A DNA stretch of 64,000 bases from a virus: positions 21,017 to 85,016 of IMG/VR virus record IMGVR_UViG_3300036826_000357, one strand, 5' to 3'. Positions 27,952 through 38,278 of the stretch are shown in pieces; position 1 is the stretch's first letter; every line of letters begins with the position of its first letter. A program made the translations under genes and the position numbers. The notes beneath the pieces are model-generated. The model saw only the letters and a program-made list of their open reading frames with translations, was not told the origin of the DNA and ran no database searches.

Positions 27952-28415
27952 TTGAGCGCCGCCGGATAACTCGTTGTTGTCCACCGCGACCGACTCGGTT
28001 TTCCCGGTCGCCACCGACGCAAATACTGCCGCCAGGCTTCCTCTTCATCCCCAATCTCCGGCAACGGCTTCTTCTCCAACCACAGCACCGAGCGCGCCAT
28101 GATGCAGGCTAGCGTATCGGCACCCTGCCCAATGGCAATCGCCGTCCGCGCACGACTGATCGGGAAATTCAGTGCCTGTGCCGCCTTCCGGAACGGCGCT
28201 AGCTCTGGCCGCATCTCGAATTCCGCGCAGCCACCAGCTACCTCGAACTGCCACAGACCCCGTGCCGGCCCACCCGATTGTGTTCGATGCGAGAAATGCG
28301 ATTCCTGCATCCCAATCGCAATTAACATCACCACCGCTTCGAGGGAGTCATAGGGTTCCCCGAGCCATTTCAGCGGCGGCTTGATAATCAGGTCCGAGGC
28401 AATCTCAGGAGTCAC
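27942..28415 (-). CDS. endolysin, lysozyme/lytic transglycosylase-like
   Basis: [20 protein letters not shown] and Y.R.WRPGKP motifs. Confidence 0.8.
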   Translation of the reverse strand: MTPEIASDLIIKPPLKWLGEPYDSLEAVVMLIAIGMQESHFSHRTQSGGPARGLWQFEVAGGCAEFEMRPELAPFRKAAQALNFPISRARTAIAIGQGADTLACIMARSVLWLEKKPLPEIGDEEEAWRQYLRRWRPGKPSRSRWTTTSYPAALKWR

Positions 28416-28563
28416 GACGGCTTATACACTCCCAGCAAATCCAGTCCGGGTAAGGATCCGGGGGATCGCGTAAGTCAATCACCACGAGCTTGACGGTGCA
28501 CTTCGCACAGCGGACTTCGTGGGTCCGTAGCTCATATTCTTCCGGAATGTCGTCCCGACTCAC
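28405..28563 (-). CDS. small CxxC..CxxC protein (52 aa)
   Basis: translated by hand; GTGA-coupled to the upstream gene. Confidence 0.5.
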   Translation of the reverse strand: MSRDDIPEEYELRTHEVRCAKCTVKLVVIDLRDPPDPYPDWICWECISRRDS

Positions 28564-29327
28564 ACGTACTCCTCGATCGCGATGCTGGCATCGAAGGTAA
28601 CGAGCCCACGCGCGACAGATACATCATCCGTATCGCGTTGCCCGATCACGAACTGCGACGTATCCCCGAGATTGTCGTACCAGACCACCGGGGATCCCTT
28701 GCCGACATTCACCAGGGTAAACACATCAGTTCTCACCGTGGCATTCTGATAGAGAAACTCCGGGTTACCTGGAGCGCCACGCAAATATGGCGGGCCATCC
28801 TGATTAATCTCGCCGCCGCCACCCTCGTACGTGATCTTCGTCGCCGCCTGCTGAATGATCCATGTCAGCGGTGCCCCGATCGGATCGGTCCACGTCCGCA
28901 CCGTCACCAGAATCAGAATCGTCCCGATTTCCACGAACGTTGTCGCCCCTAAGCTCTCCGCAGAAATACGCACGTACCGAGCGGAGAATGCGGTATCCTG
29001 CCAGAGCTTTTTGACGTTCGTGCGCTGATCGGTCGGAATGGTAATCAAGCCGAGATTCGTCGGCCAGGTACTATTATCGTTCCCAGCCTCGATTCGTAAC
29101 TGCGTCGGTCCAGTCACATCCTGAATCACCACGGCAGCAACTGCCTGTGTCGTCCCCAGATCAAACGTCAGACGCTCCGTATGTGTGCCGCCGGCAGTGG
29201 TGGAACGCCAGACACGTGCCGGCCGCGTTATCAACCCCACATTTGACGCGGGAAACCCTGGCTGTGCCGTCGTTGCCGTAATGAGCGGGGTCGGAAACGT
29301 GGTGGCGACCTTCGGTCCAATGGCCAT
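28560..29327 (-). CDS. minor tail protein with galactose-binding/discoidin-like domain
   Basis: VWRS..LTFDLG..ARYVRI motifs; position in the tail module. Confidence 0.7.
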   Translation of the reverse strand: MAIGPKVATTFPTPLITATTAQPGFPASNVGLITRPARVWRSTTAGGTHTERLTFDLGTTQAVAAVVIQDVTGPTQLRIEAGNDNSTWPTNLGLITIPTDQRTNVKKLWQDTAFSARYVRISAESLGATTFVEIGTILILVTVRTWTDPIGAPLTWIIQQAATKITYEGGGGEINQDGPPYLRGAPGNPEFLYQNATVRTDVFTLVNVGKGSPVVWYDNLGDTSQFVIGQRDTDDVSVARGLVTFDASIAIEEYV

Positions 29328-29329
29328 GG

Positions 29330-32300
29330 CTACGTCACCAGTACCGGGTACGGTCCAAAGGTTCCAATTAGCCGATCTTGAATGTCGTACATGCGGAATG
29401 TGTAGTAGTACGGATTCGGGTCAGTCGCCGGAACCACATCCACCATTGTAAGCAGCGGCAGCGTGTAATCGGAGGGCGTAGTCTCGGCCAGTAATGCCGG
29501 CGTACTCGTGGCTGGTCCCTGCCGCCATATCCGCATCGTTCTGAAGTACCGTGGCAACGGCTCGCGTTGCGTAATCGTCACCTTCATCTGGGTAATCATC
29601 GCAGCGCCGATGGCATCCTGCGTTTTCGGCACCACACCCCAGAACATGTTGCCGACATCATTCACCTGCCACGGACGATTGATGTACGGATTCTGCGGAT
29701 AGCTCCAGATGAGGTTGGAATATGTCGCCCCAACTAAGAAAGAGGTTGCATCGATTCCTGAACCTCCACCGACAAGACTGCCGTACTGCGCGGCATATCG
29801 CTCCGTTCCGGAGCCCGCATTAACCCGCATCCGTGTCAGGAAATCGACATTGGAAATCTCCGCTCCTGAAGCGAGCCCTGCACCAGCAAATCGCATCTTC
29901 ACAGCCGCATTCGCATCACCCGCGATGTACGTTGCATCAGCATCGGGCGGATCTTCATCGATACACTCAGGATTCGTGGCTGGTGGCGGAGGCGTACCAC
30001 CCGGAATGAACCCATGGTTAAAGACTGGATTCGGTGGCGGATCGATTTCCTGTACCGGATACCAATTCGTGACACGGCCAGGAATTATCGTCACTGTGAC
30101 AGTCAGACCATCCACCCGACTTGTCGCTGCCATATTCCCGAATGCCGTTGCTGGCCCCGGAGGCGCGGACGGATCCGCCGGCAGTGGCAACGGATCGTAC
30201 ACATAATCCGCTGCCGTGTAGGGTGTGACCGTGACCTGATTCGCCGCCGACACTCGATTCGACCGCCGGACCCGGGCATCGAATGCCGTCCCAGACCGGA
30301 GTGTTACCTCGATCACTCTCCCCGGGACGATATTCCTTGCCTCGTGTCCCAGCGCTAACTCGATGGTTGCATCATCAGTCTTCCGGCGCTTCGCCCGATA
30401 GCTCCGAATGATATCCGCTGTGACGGGATCGTAGACTAACTGTGTCTGTACTTCCTCGATCTGCTGTCCGACTCCATTGACATCCCCATCGGCAGAACTG
30501 AGCAGGAAGTTGATGACGCGTCCTGTCTCATCCCGCACAGGTTGAAATCTGACCCGTGTCTTGCCGATCGTCTCAGCCAACGATGCGCGAGCTATCCCAC
30601 CGACCTGCGCGATATTCCGCCACGGATCACCAATGGAGAAGGCAGCGTCTGCAATGGAAACTGCCTGGTCGACAGCAGCCGTGACCAGTCCCGCCGATGT
30701 CAACGAATAGCGCAACCCGCGAAATGTACGGAAGTTGTCCATGACTCCATCGGAGCCATCGATGGTTGCAGCATCGGTAAATGCTCCGTCACAGCGGAGC
30801 CCGTGATTTTCAATGCCGGCCGCATCATCTTCTGCGGTATCCCAACTCGTCGGATCGAGTGCCATCCCGGATACGTCGAGTGCTTCCCGCAGACACGTCA
30901 CGAAATTCCGCCGTCCGAGATAGTGTGCACGGCGGTAATACGCGAGGCCGCGTGCCCCACTACTGAATCGGACTGGCCCAAGATCACCTTGCGCACCCGC
31001 CCCGATGGTCGAACTACCACCAAGAATCATCGGATCGGTCGCTTCTGGATCGATCGAGTCTCGCCCGTACTTCACATATCCCCGCCCCGATCGAGGCGTA
31101 GACTGAATCAAGACGCCATTGATGTAGAGGTCGACAGTCGTTGCACCGACATCGACCCCAATGTGCATCCACGTATTCAAGGTAACGTTGGCAGTTTGGA
31201 GTGTAAGTGTCAGTGGACTTGCCCACGTCGCTGGATTTGTCGTGATATCGATGGTGAATTTGATCTTGTTCAGATCGTGGAATAACTGCCAGCCATCCCG
31301 GGGTCCATCGACAATCGCCCCGGTCTCATCCGTCCGCAGCAGGAACCAGACTTCGAGCGAGAACTGATGCAGCGCATACGCATCCCGCGCTGCTACCGAC
31401 TCTGCCATCATCGCTCGCAACGCATTGCAGCGGATGGCTCCATTCCCGTACCGAGATATGCCTGCTACCAGATGACTGGTATTCGCCGTATTCCCAGCCA
31501 TCGCGATGGCATGATGACCGCCGATGTCATCGTAGAGCCCGCGTTGCCAGTCCCATTCACTGACTACCCGCGCATCCACATCCGCCATGAGCCGCTGCCC
31601 ATCGACTACCAACGAACTGACTCCGGCATCCTGCCCGCGAGGATCACGTCCCAGCCGAATAGCCGTCTGATATCTGCCCCCCTGCAAATACGTTCGCTTG
31701 ATGACCTGATAATCCCCTGCTCCGAGTGGTAATCCACCTTGCCGAACTGCCTGCACATGCAGGTTCCCATGTAACACCACAAAGTCGTACAGATCGGCGA
31801 TATTCGACGGTAACCCGCCGAAGATGATTAACTGCCCACTCCCATCGGTCGAAATGGTAATCGGCGCATTCGTGAATGCTTCAGACTCCTTCGCTGCCAA
31901 CTGAAACGTATCGTCATCCAGCACAATCACCCAATAATCCTTGTCAACCACCAATCCTGTGGGCAGCGTCCCATTCACTGCCATCACATGGTACGGTCCA
32001 TTCCCGGTTTGGAAGCCATGTGCGCGCGAACTGAACGAGTCATTCGTGGCCAGGCCGGTGAATCCAATCCGGATTTCCTTGTTCTCGTCGTTCCGCGCCC
32101 GCGCGTATCTGCCCGGGAGTCCCCGATTCACGCCCCACCCATGCGGTACGACGGAGCCGAGACCACCACTCGGCGATCCGTCAGCCGGCGCATACGGATG
32201 CTCCAGCGAATTAATCACGTAGGCAGGGAATACCTCGTTGACTTTGGCAGGATCGAGTGCCGCACAGAGTAACTGAATGGTCTGATCGTCATGTGCCACA

Positions 32301-32776
32301 GCCGCAATGCGGCCCACGGCGATGTTCAGTACCGTCGTATCCGTCAGCACATCGTAGGAATGCACGTTGACCAACCAGCCCCGGACTTCCGTCGATCCGA
32401 TCCAGTTCGTGATGTCCGGCGTGGCAGTCTCGATTGCCCGTAGCCGCAGCCGCACCGTGAACTGCTGCTGCTGAAGATTCCCACCGAAGGAATCCGGCTC
32501 CTCAAGCGTAATGGAAATCGACTCGACTACACGTTTCTCGAAGAGTGCCGGCCCGAATGCCGTGGGATATACGTCCCGCGATGCAAACCGCAGTGGCGGT
32601 AAGGACAAATCCACCGGGAGATTGAGTGTGGTCGAATCCTGGTAGTGAATCTCAACGAGAAAACAGAGACTCGGAGCCGTCAGTAACGGATTCGCTGCGA
32701 CGGGAAGTAATCCACCACCGTCCGCAATACCCCAATCGAATTCTCCCCAGCCCGGACCCTCACCCCATCCAGCCAT
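29330..32776 (-). CDS. tail hub/tip protein with LamG (ConA-like) domain
   Basis: 1148 aa; FSLEVWF..WMHIGV..LYINGVL LamG pattern; downstream of the TMP. Confidence 0.75.
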   Translation of the reverse strand: MAGWGEGPGWGEFDWGIADGGGLLPVAANPLLTAPSLCFLVEIHYQDSTTLNLPVDLSLPPLRFASRDVYPTAFGPALFEKRVVESISITLEEPDSFGGNLQQQQFTVRLRLRAIETATPDITNWIGSTEVRGWLVNVHSYDVLTDTTVLNIAVGRIAAVAHDDQTIQLLCAALDPAKVNEVFPAYVINSLEHPYAPADGSPSGGLGSVVPHGWGVNRGLPGRYARARNDENKEIRIGFTGLATNDSFSSRAHGFQTGNGPYHVMAVNGTLPTGLVVDKDYWVIVLDDDTFQLAAKESEAFTNAPITISTDGSGQLIIFGGLPSNIADLYDFVVLHGNLHVQAVRQGGLPLGAGDYQVIKRTYLQGGRYQTAIRLGRDPRGQDAGVSSLVVDGQRLMADVDARVVSEWDWQRGLYDDIGGHHAIAMAGNTANTSHLVAGISRYGNGAIRCNALRAMMAESVAARDAYALHQFSLEVWFLLRTDETGAIVDGPRDGWQLFHDLNKIKFTIDITTNPATWASPLTLTLQTANVTLNTWMHIGVDVGATTVDLYINGVLIQSTPRSGRGYVKYGRDSIDPEATDPMILGGSSTIGAGAQGDLGPVRFSSGARGLAYYRRAHYLGRRNFVTCLREALDVSGMALDPTSWDTAEDDAAGIENHGLRCDGAFTDAATIDGSDGVMDNFRTFRGLRYSLTSAGLVTAAVDQAVSIADAAFSIGDPWRNIAQVGGIARASLAETIGKTRVRFQPVRDETGRVINFLLSSADGDVNGVGQQIEEVQTQLVYDPVTADIIRSYRAKRRKTDDATIELALGHEARNIVPGRVIEVTLRSGTAFDARVRRSNRVSAANQVTVTPYTAADYVYDPLPLPADPSAPPGPATAFGNMAATSRVDGLTVTVTIIPGRVTNWYPVQEIDPPPNPVFNHGFIPGGTPPPPATNPECIDEDPPDADATYIAGDANAAVKMRFAGAGLASGAEISNVDFLTRMRVNAGSGTERYAAQYGSLVGGGSGIDATSFLVGATYSNLIWSYPQNPYINRPWQVNDVGNMFWGVVPKTQDAIGAAMITQMKVTITQREPLPRYFRTMRIWRQGPATSTPALLAETTPSDYTLPLLTMVDVVPATDPNPYYYTFRMYDIQDRLIGTFGPYPVLVT

Positions 32777-32779
32777 AGA

Positions 32780-33106
32780 TCACGGATTCTTCGGTGGGCA
32801 TTGCGATAGCAGGATTTTACACGATCCCAGATCGATCTGCGGATCACGCGGACGTAACTTCTTCCGTTTCTCGGTAAGCTCATTCAGCTTTGTGTTACAG
32901 GGGTCGAGGAGCGTACAGGGTCCGGGACGCCCGGCACACATCTGAAGCGCCGCTTGGACACACTCGTCAACACGAATCTGCTCCAGAAGGATCTGCTCCT
33001 CCAATTCCAGACCCCAGACCTGCGCACCACAGACATCGTAGACACGCTGGCACACACCCTCATTAAACGTCGCGGCCAGGAGAATCCCTGCGAGAATCAT
33101 CATCAC
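32780..33106 (-). CDS. small Cys-rich exported protein
   Basis: hydrophobic N-terminus, 8 Cys. Confidence 0.6.
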   Translation of the reverse strand: MMMILAGILLAATFNEGVCQRVYDVCGAQVWGLELEEQILLEQIRVDECVQAALQMCAGRPGPCTLLDPCNTKLNELTEKRKKLRPRDPQIDLGSCKILLSQCPPKNP

Positions 33107-36100
33107 ATCACCGTGTCAAAGCTAACATAGAGAGCACACGAAGCAGCAGTAGCAGCCAACGATGTACCGACCACGGAGACCTGTTTCATGGTAAAGCGAT
33201 CCCCAAGTGCAAATGCAATCGGTGCACTCGCTGAACCCGCTGCTGGTGTACACTGCTGAACACCCGCAGTCATCTGACAGAGCATGGTTGTATCAGAACT
33301 GCCACCTGCACTGCCTCCAGTACCCTTCCGCACAGTAAACGTGCGCGTGGACGTACCACCGGGAGTATCACTCGCGGTGCAGGTCATCTTCCAAATAGTT
33401 CCTGCTCCAACAATCACACTCCGGAAGTTGTTCTCCGTCGCATTGTTGTCGTTTCCCCACAACGAGCTAAACAACGTCTGCGCCGTGGTCAGCAGAATCG
33501 GGAAGTCAGTCCGCGCGATCGAGCCATTCCGCAACGAGATCGATCCGAACGATCCCTGGTAGTTGGCAATCGAGCCCACAGATGCTGGTGTCGGCCACCG
33601 ATAAAAGCCATTGTCTGCGACATCAACGTTAACGACATTCGCTGTACCCGCAGTCGGGAACTTGATTGCCGTTGAATTCGTGCTGTTCGATCCATCGAAA
33701 ATATTGCTGACGATCTGGCTGCCAGTAATCACCATATTGCCAAGAGATTGTGGCCCAACCATGTCAACTCCAATGATACTGTCTACAGTACCACCAGGAA
33801 ACACGGTATTCAGCGCAATATTCAGATTCGTGTGCGGGCTGGTAGCGCCGTAGTCAGACAAGCGGAAAAACGCAGTCGGCGTCCGAGCCAAGCAGCTACC
33901 AGCAGTACAGCAATATTTGCCCGCCTCAGATCCAGTCTGACAACAGGTGATAGCACCACCAGGGCAACCACCTAATGTGCCGGTACTACACGTCGCACCA
34001 CCATTACACGTAGACGTGGCCGTCTCACATAATTGTCCCGCCGGGGTCGTACCACACTGCTTCACAGGCTGCTGCGACGGCATGAACACCACATTCTTTG
34101 CGTACGTGTTATGCGTCGTCCCACAACCACCACCAGTACATCCCGCATGACCAATCCACGCGAATGCCGGCTCTGGTACACACTTGAAGGTCACCGAGCA
34201 GGTACCACAATCCGCGTCGCTATTGCACTGATTCCCACGGTTTGGAACAGCGCAGGATGGATCACATGTCGTCGTCGGCCGCACGGAATTACTTGAGTTA
34301 CAATAGTTCCCATCTACGAAGACACCTGCACCACCGAGATTGAAGCAGGCTCCTGCCTGCGACACAATACGATTCGCAACGTACTGTGTATTATTCAATG
34401 ATCCACTCGGCGCGTTTTCAGCCGTGATGCCACGCCACCCACCTTGAATATGATTCAGCCCAACACGATTCTGCGATCCCGCTGAGCCCAGCTTTATACC
34501 GATCCCATGAGCAGCCGGTAATTGAGTCCCCTGCGAAAACCCTATCCTATTATTGGAAATCAACGCATTCGCCGTATCATGATTGCTGATTCCGATCTGG
34601 TTACCAATCACACCATTATCCTTGATCGTGTTATCAGCGATGAGAACATCAGTTCCGGTGCTCTCGATGCCTATTCCATTCCCACCAAGCTCTTTGATCG
34701 TGTTACTGACAATGTGCGAATTCACGGCGGTCGAATCGATCCCCTTCGCATAAGACTGCAAGCTATTACTCCCCAGCTTATTGGCAATCACTCCTGCATC
34801 GTCACCAGTCAGCGAAATCCCCGTGCATCCAGTCCCAAGATTCAGCGCCTGCGATTTAGCGACCTGTCCGTATGTACTGATAACGAAGCCACAGGCAGCC
34901 GTCCCAGGCCCATTGAGAGATGGAGGCCACACCGTCGACTCATCAATACGTGTCTGCGCAGCAGCATTGAATGAGAACGACTTCCCACGAGCGTACGTAC
35001 GAATCAGCTGAGAGTCAGACCCGACCTTCATACCGTAAAACACATTCGTGGTCGGCTGCGTGTTGTTCTTGTTGGCTGCTGCGAACGCATTGTTCGCAGC
35101 ACCGTAACAGCACGTTCCACCATTCAACCCTGCCGACAGACACCGAGAATCTGTCGGTGTCGCGAATGGTGACGTACAGTCCGTCAGTTCCCGCGCTGCA
35201 TTCACATTGACTAGTGTCGACTGATTTCCCACACTAAGTGAGAAGCCCGAAGAACTGTTCGGCGTGACGAAATGATCGTAGATGCTGACATTCGTCAGCT
35301 TCGCATTCGTGGTTGATGTCAAATCCAGCGGGATGATATTCCCCGGTCCCGATGGCGAGAGCGGAGCACCAGTACACGATCCACCACCCGTCGTGCAATT
35401 CATCTTCGACAGATCGCAGGTACCCGATATACAGTCACCATTCACATCACATCGTGCTCCTGGCAATGTCGACCCCGTAGAACATTCCTGCCGGCACGGC
35501 TTCCCAGGATTCGAGCCACCCACACAGCGCTGGAACGGATCGGCCTGAGCCGCCCAGATCGAGCAGTTCTCAATGAAAATGTCGCTCGATGCTCCTCCAC
35601 TATCCTTCAGCATCGTGTAGGTCTGTCCCGCAGTCGGTGCGAAACACGTTGTTGCCGTACACGCAGCACCTGCTCCTGCTCCGAAACTGCTCACACACGT
35701 TCCAGAGCCAGGGCAATCTGCGTTCGTATTACATGTCGCACCACCGAACGGAGCGAAGGCACTCGCACTCGCCCCGAATGTACCCGTCGAACAATACTGC
35801 TGCTGCGCGAAGAAGCCGGCACTCTGATCTGCACACACAATGTGCACGTTGTTCGGGATGAGAATGGACGCTGCTCCTGCACCAGGAGACTTCAACCCAA
35901 GCTTGCAGCCACCCGGTATGTAGATAGTCGCTCCAGTCGACCCCAGCGCGTTCAGGGCTGCCTGCACTCCAGCCGTGGAATCTGTCAGGCCGGAACAATC
36001 AACTCCAGGCGTTGCCGTGATACTGGTCGTAGAAATGGTATCCCACTGCAATACATCGCCGGTATGCCAGACAAGTACATCACCATTGATCGGGACATCG

Positions 36101-37344
36101 GATGGCAACTGATACGTCCGATTGGCTGTGAGACTGGCAGTCGCCGGAGCCTTCAACCCGACAAAGTTCGAGTTATCGGTATCCCGCCAGCGAAACTCCC
36201 CACCACCCTGAACAGTCGGTGTGGAGCCACTTGAAAAGGTCACTCCACCACTGCCACCAACAGCAATAGCATCCGTCGTCCCAGTGCTATCACGGATGAC
36301 CACGTTGTCCCCGACGAGAAACCGAGCAATACCACCCTCATCATGGATCGAACAGGTCGAACTGACACTGCCATCACCATTGCACCGGAACCGCGTTGCG
36401 CCGTCGTTATCACGGATAACGGTATCGCCACTGTTGTTCACTGAAAACCGCGTTGCAGCTCCTCCATTAGTAATCACGCGGAACTGTCCAGTACCGGGTG
36501 CTAACTGAACGTCGAAGAGACCGTTGGTAGCAGAATTAATGCGGATCGACGCCAAGGCGAAATTCAATCCCGTGCTCTGCGAGACGGTAAATTCATCGTT
36601 GTTGTTCGTATCGTTGCCAACTGACCATACGTTGTCACCGGCAAAACGAATCTCTGCATTCACCGTTGCCGGCGTTGCCGATGTCACTATCAGCGGATTG
36701 GAGACTCCACCACCAGTTCCACACGGCTGCCAGGCAAACGTCGTCCCGGTCGCCTCATACGTTAGACAGTAGCCATCGACCTGTCCCGCCGACTTGATCG
36801 CATTCGGCGTCACGAGGTCGTTGGCCAGACTGCATGTACCGCCGATCACACCCAGATCGGAAATCGTGCACGTCGCATTGTCGATAACGTTCCCCGTCGT
36901 CCCGTTGAACCTCGCAATCTGATTGTCAACATACGTCCCCGCTAGACTCTGCACATCAGCAGCAGAATTCCCGAAACAGCCAACTGTCGTCCAAACCTGG
37001 CTGTCATTGATGTACGTCAAACACGTTGTTCCCGGCGTTCCCGTCCCTGCCGTGCACGCAGTCGTCGTGCAGTCAGTGACAATGTAGACCTTCGACAGCG
37101 TCACACTCGATGCAGTCGGCCGGTTCACAAACAGACCTGCTTGGAACCGACGCGACTCGTCCTGATTCGCCCAGTTCCAGTAATACTGCGGATACGATGC
37201 TGCCGGTACGCCAACACCGACCTTCGGAATGCGTAGAATGTCGGTAAACGACACCGTGCCAGGACTGGGATCCGGGTCCGCTCGCGCGTACCCAACCACC
37301 AGCACCATCACCAGCAGGATAAGCCCCCTAAATCGGGTCCACAT
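33103..37344 (-). CDS. large Cys-rich right-handed beta-helix protein (tailspike/adhesin-like)
   Basis: DSTAGVQAALN..G.TIYIPGG pectate-lyase-like start, NxI/GI repeats, Cys repeats, N-terminal signal-like segment. Confidence 0.75.
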   Translation of the reverse strand: MWTRFRGLILLVMVLVVGYARADPDPSPGTVSFTDILRIPKVGVGVPAASYPQYYWNWANQDESRRFQAGLFVNRPTASSVTLSKVYIVTDCTTTACTAGTGTPGTTCLTYINDSQVWTTVGCFGNSAADVQSLAGTYVDNQIARFNGTTGNVIDNATCTISDLGVIGGTCSLANDLVTPNAIKSAGQVDGYCLTYEATGTTFAWQPCGTGGGVSNPLIVTSATPATVNAEIRFAGDNVWSVGNDTNNNDEFTVSQSTGLNFALASIRINSATNGLFDVQLAPGTGQFRVITNGGAATRFSVNNSGDTVIRDNDGATRFRCNGDGSVSSTCSIHDEGGIARFLVGDNVVIRDSTGTTDAIAVGGSGGVTFSSGSTPTVQGGGEFRWRDTDNSNFVGLKAPATASLTANRTYQLPSDVPINGDVLVWHTGDVLQWDTISTTSITATPGVDCSGLTDSTAGVQAALNALGSTGATIYIPGGCKLGLKSPGAGAASILIPNNVHIVCADQSAGFFAQQQYCSTGTFGASASAFAPFGGATCNTNADCPGSGTCVSSFGAGAGAACTATTCFAPTAGQTYTMLKDSGGASSDIFIENCSIWAAQADPFQRCVGGSNPGKPCRQECSTGSTLPGARCDVNGDCISGTCDLSKMNCTTGGGSCTGAPLSPSGPGNIIPLDLTSTTNAKLTNVSIYDHFVTPNSSSGFSLSVGNQSTLVNVNAARELTDCTSPFATPTDSRCLSAGLNGGTCCYGAANNAFAAANKNNTQPTTNVFYGMKVGSDSQLIRTYARGKSFSFNAAAQTRIDESTVWPPSLNGPGTAACGFVISTYGQVAKSQALNLGTGCTGISLTGDDAGVIANKLGSNSLQSYAKGIDSTAVNSHIVSNTIKELGGNGIGIESTGTDVLIADNTIKDNGVIGNQIGISNHDTANALISNNRIGFSQGTQLPAAHGIGIKLGSAGSQNRVGLNHIQGGWRGITAENAPSGSLNNTQYVANRIVSQAGACFNLGGAGVFVDGNYCNSSNSVRPTTTCDPSCAVPNRGNQCNSDADCGTCSVTFKCVPEPAFAWIGHAGCTGGGCGTTHNTYAKNVVFMPSQQPVKQCGTTPAGQLCETATSTCNGGATCSTGTLGGCPGGAITCCQTGSEAGKYCCTAGSCLARTPTAFFRLSDYGATSPHTNLNIALNTVFPGGTVDSIIGVDMVGPQSLGNMVITGSQIVSNIFDGSNSTNSTAIKFPTAGTANVVNVDVADNGFYRWPTPASVGSIANYQGSFGSISLRNGSIARTDFPILLTTAQTLFSSLWGNDNNATENNFRSVIVGAGTIWKMTCTASDTPGGTSTRTFTVRKGTGGSAGGSSDTTMLCQMTAGVQQCTPAAGSASAPIAFALGDRFTMKQVSVVGTSLAATAASCALYVSFDTVM

Positions 37345-38278
37345 AACCCCTCGCATACAATGCCACAGTGTTTCCACCGCCCGTCCCGTTCCACTGCGCC
37401 CGAAATATCTGTGTTGAATCCACTTCTATATCGATTACATACGACACCAATATGGGCGAGTTTGTGTGGATCATCCCCCAGGTACCAGTACCAGCCGTTC
37501 CATTCAGTACGTTACACTGCTGGCCAGCATTCGCATTCGCAATCGGCACCACAAAAATCGTGGCTATGCGCGATGTCGGCGGAATGTACTTCTTGACGTC
37601 GACATTTTGCACCGTCGAGACAGTATTCGTTACATTAACGCTGTAGCTTGAATTCGCATCTGTACCGTCCATTCGATAATACACATGGTCATCTTCCTGA
37701 ATGAACTGAAGGAAGTTGCTCGACGCATTGTTCCGAACGGCTCCAACTCGGACCCATTTCGTGTACCCCGTCACTGTCGCATGCGTGAGTACCAACCCCG
37801 CCCGTGTGTTCTGCTTCGAGAGTAGGAAGCCGATGTTCCCGGCCGCATTCACACCGACCCAGACATAGTACCAAAAATTGGCATCCTCTGGATCGGCACC
37901 GAGATTATCAAACCCATTCAATCCATTGACCGTAATATCAACTGATCCACTAACAGCCTGTACGATCGTACCTTCGATCCCGAGTAGGTCTGCCGTAATG
38001 TCGAGCTTACTGTTCGGCGCAGCATTGTTATTGACAATCCGCAGTGCCCGGCGTCCCACACGAGAATTCAGTATCAACGCACTCTGTGCCGCCTGAATCC
38101 GTGCACCGACATCGGCATACACAGTTCCATCCACCGACGAAATGTGCGGATTCGCCCCCAACGTGGCGAGTGCTGCGAACAACTCCTCGACAACCTGTAG
38201 CCAATCTGCCGGCGTCACCTGCGCATCCTTCAATGCCGCAGAAGCAGTCGGAACAATCGGTGGATATTGCGCCGCCAC
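37328..38278 (-). CDS. minor tail / fibre-like virion protein
   Basis: G.NG.D..WYYVW..GYT...RVGAVR motifs seen in phage fibre proteins. Confidence 0.7.
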   Translation of the reverse strand: MAAQYPPIVPTASAALKDAQVTPADWLQVVEELFAALATLGANPHISSVDGTVYADVGARIQAAQSALILNSRVGRRALRIVNNNAAPNSKLDITADLLGIEGTIVQAVSGSVDITVNGLNGFDNLGADPEDANFWYYVWVGVNAAGNIGFLLSKQNTRAGLVLTHATVTGYTKWVRVGAVRNNASSNFLQFIQEDDHVYYRMDGTDANSSYSVNVTNTVSTVQNVDVKKYIPPTSRIATIFVVPIANANAGQQCNVLNGTAGTGTWGMIHTNSPILVSYVIDIEVDSTQIFRAQWNGTGGGNTVALYARGYVDPI

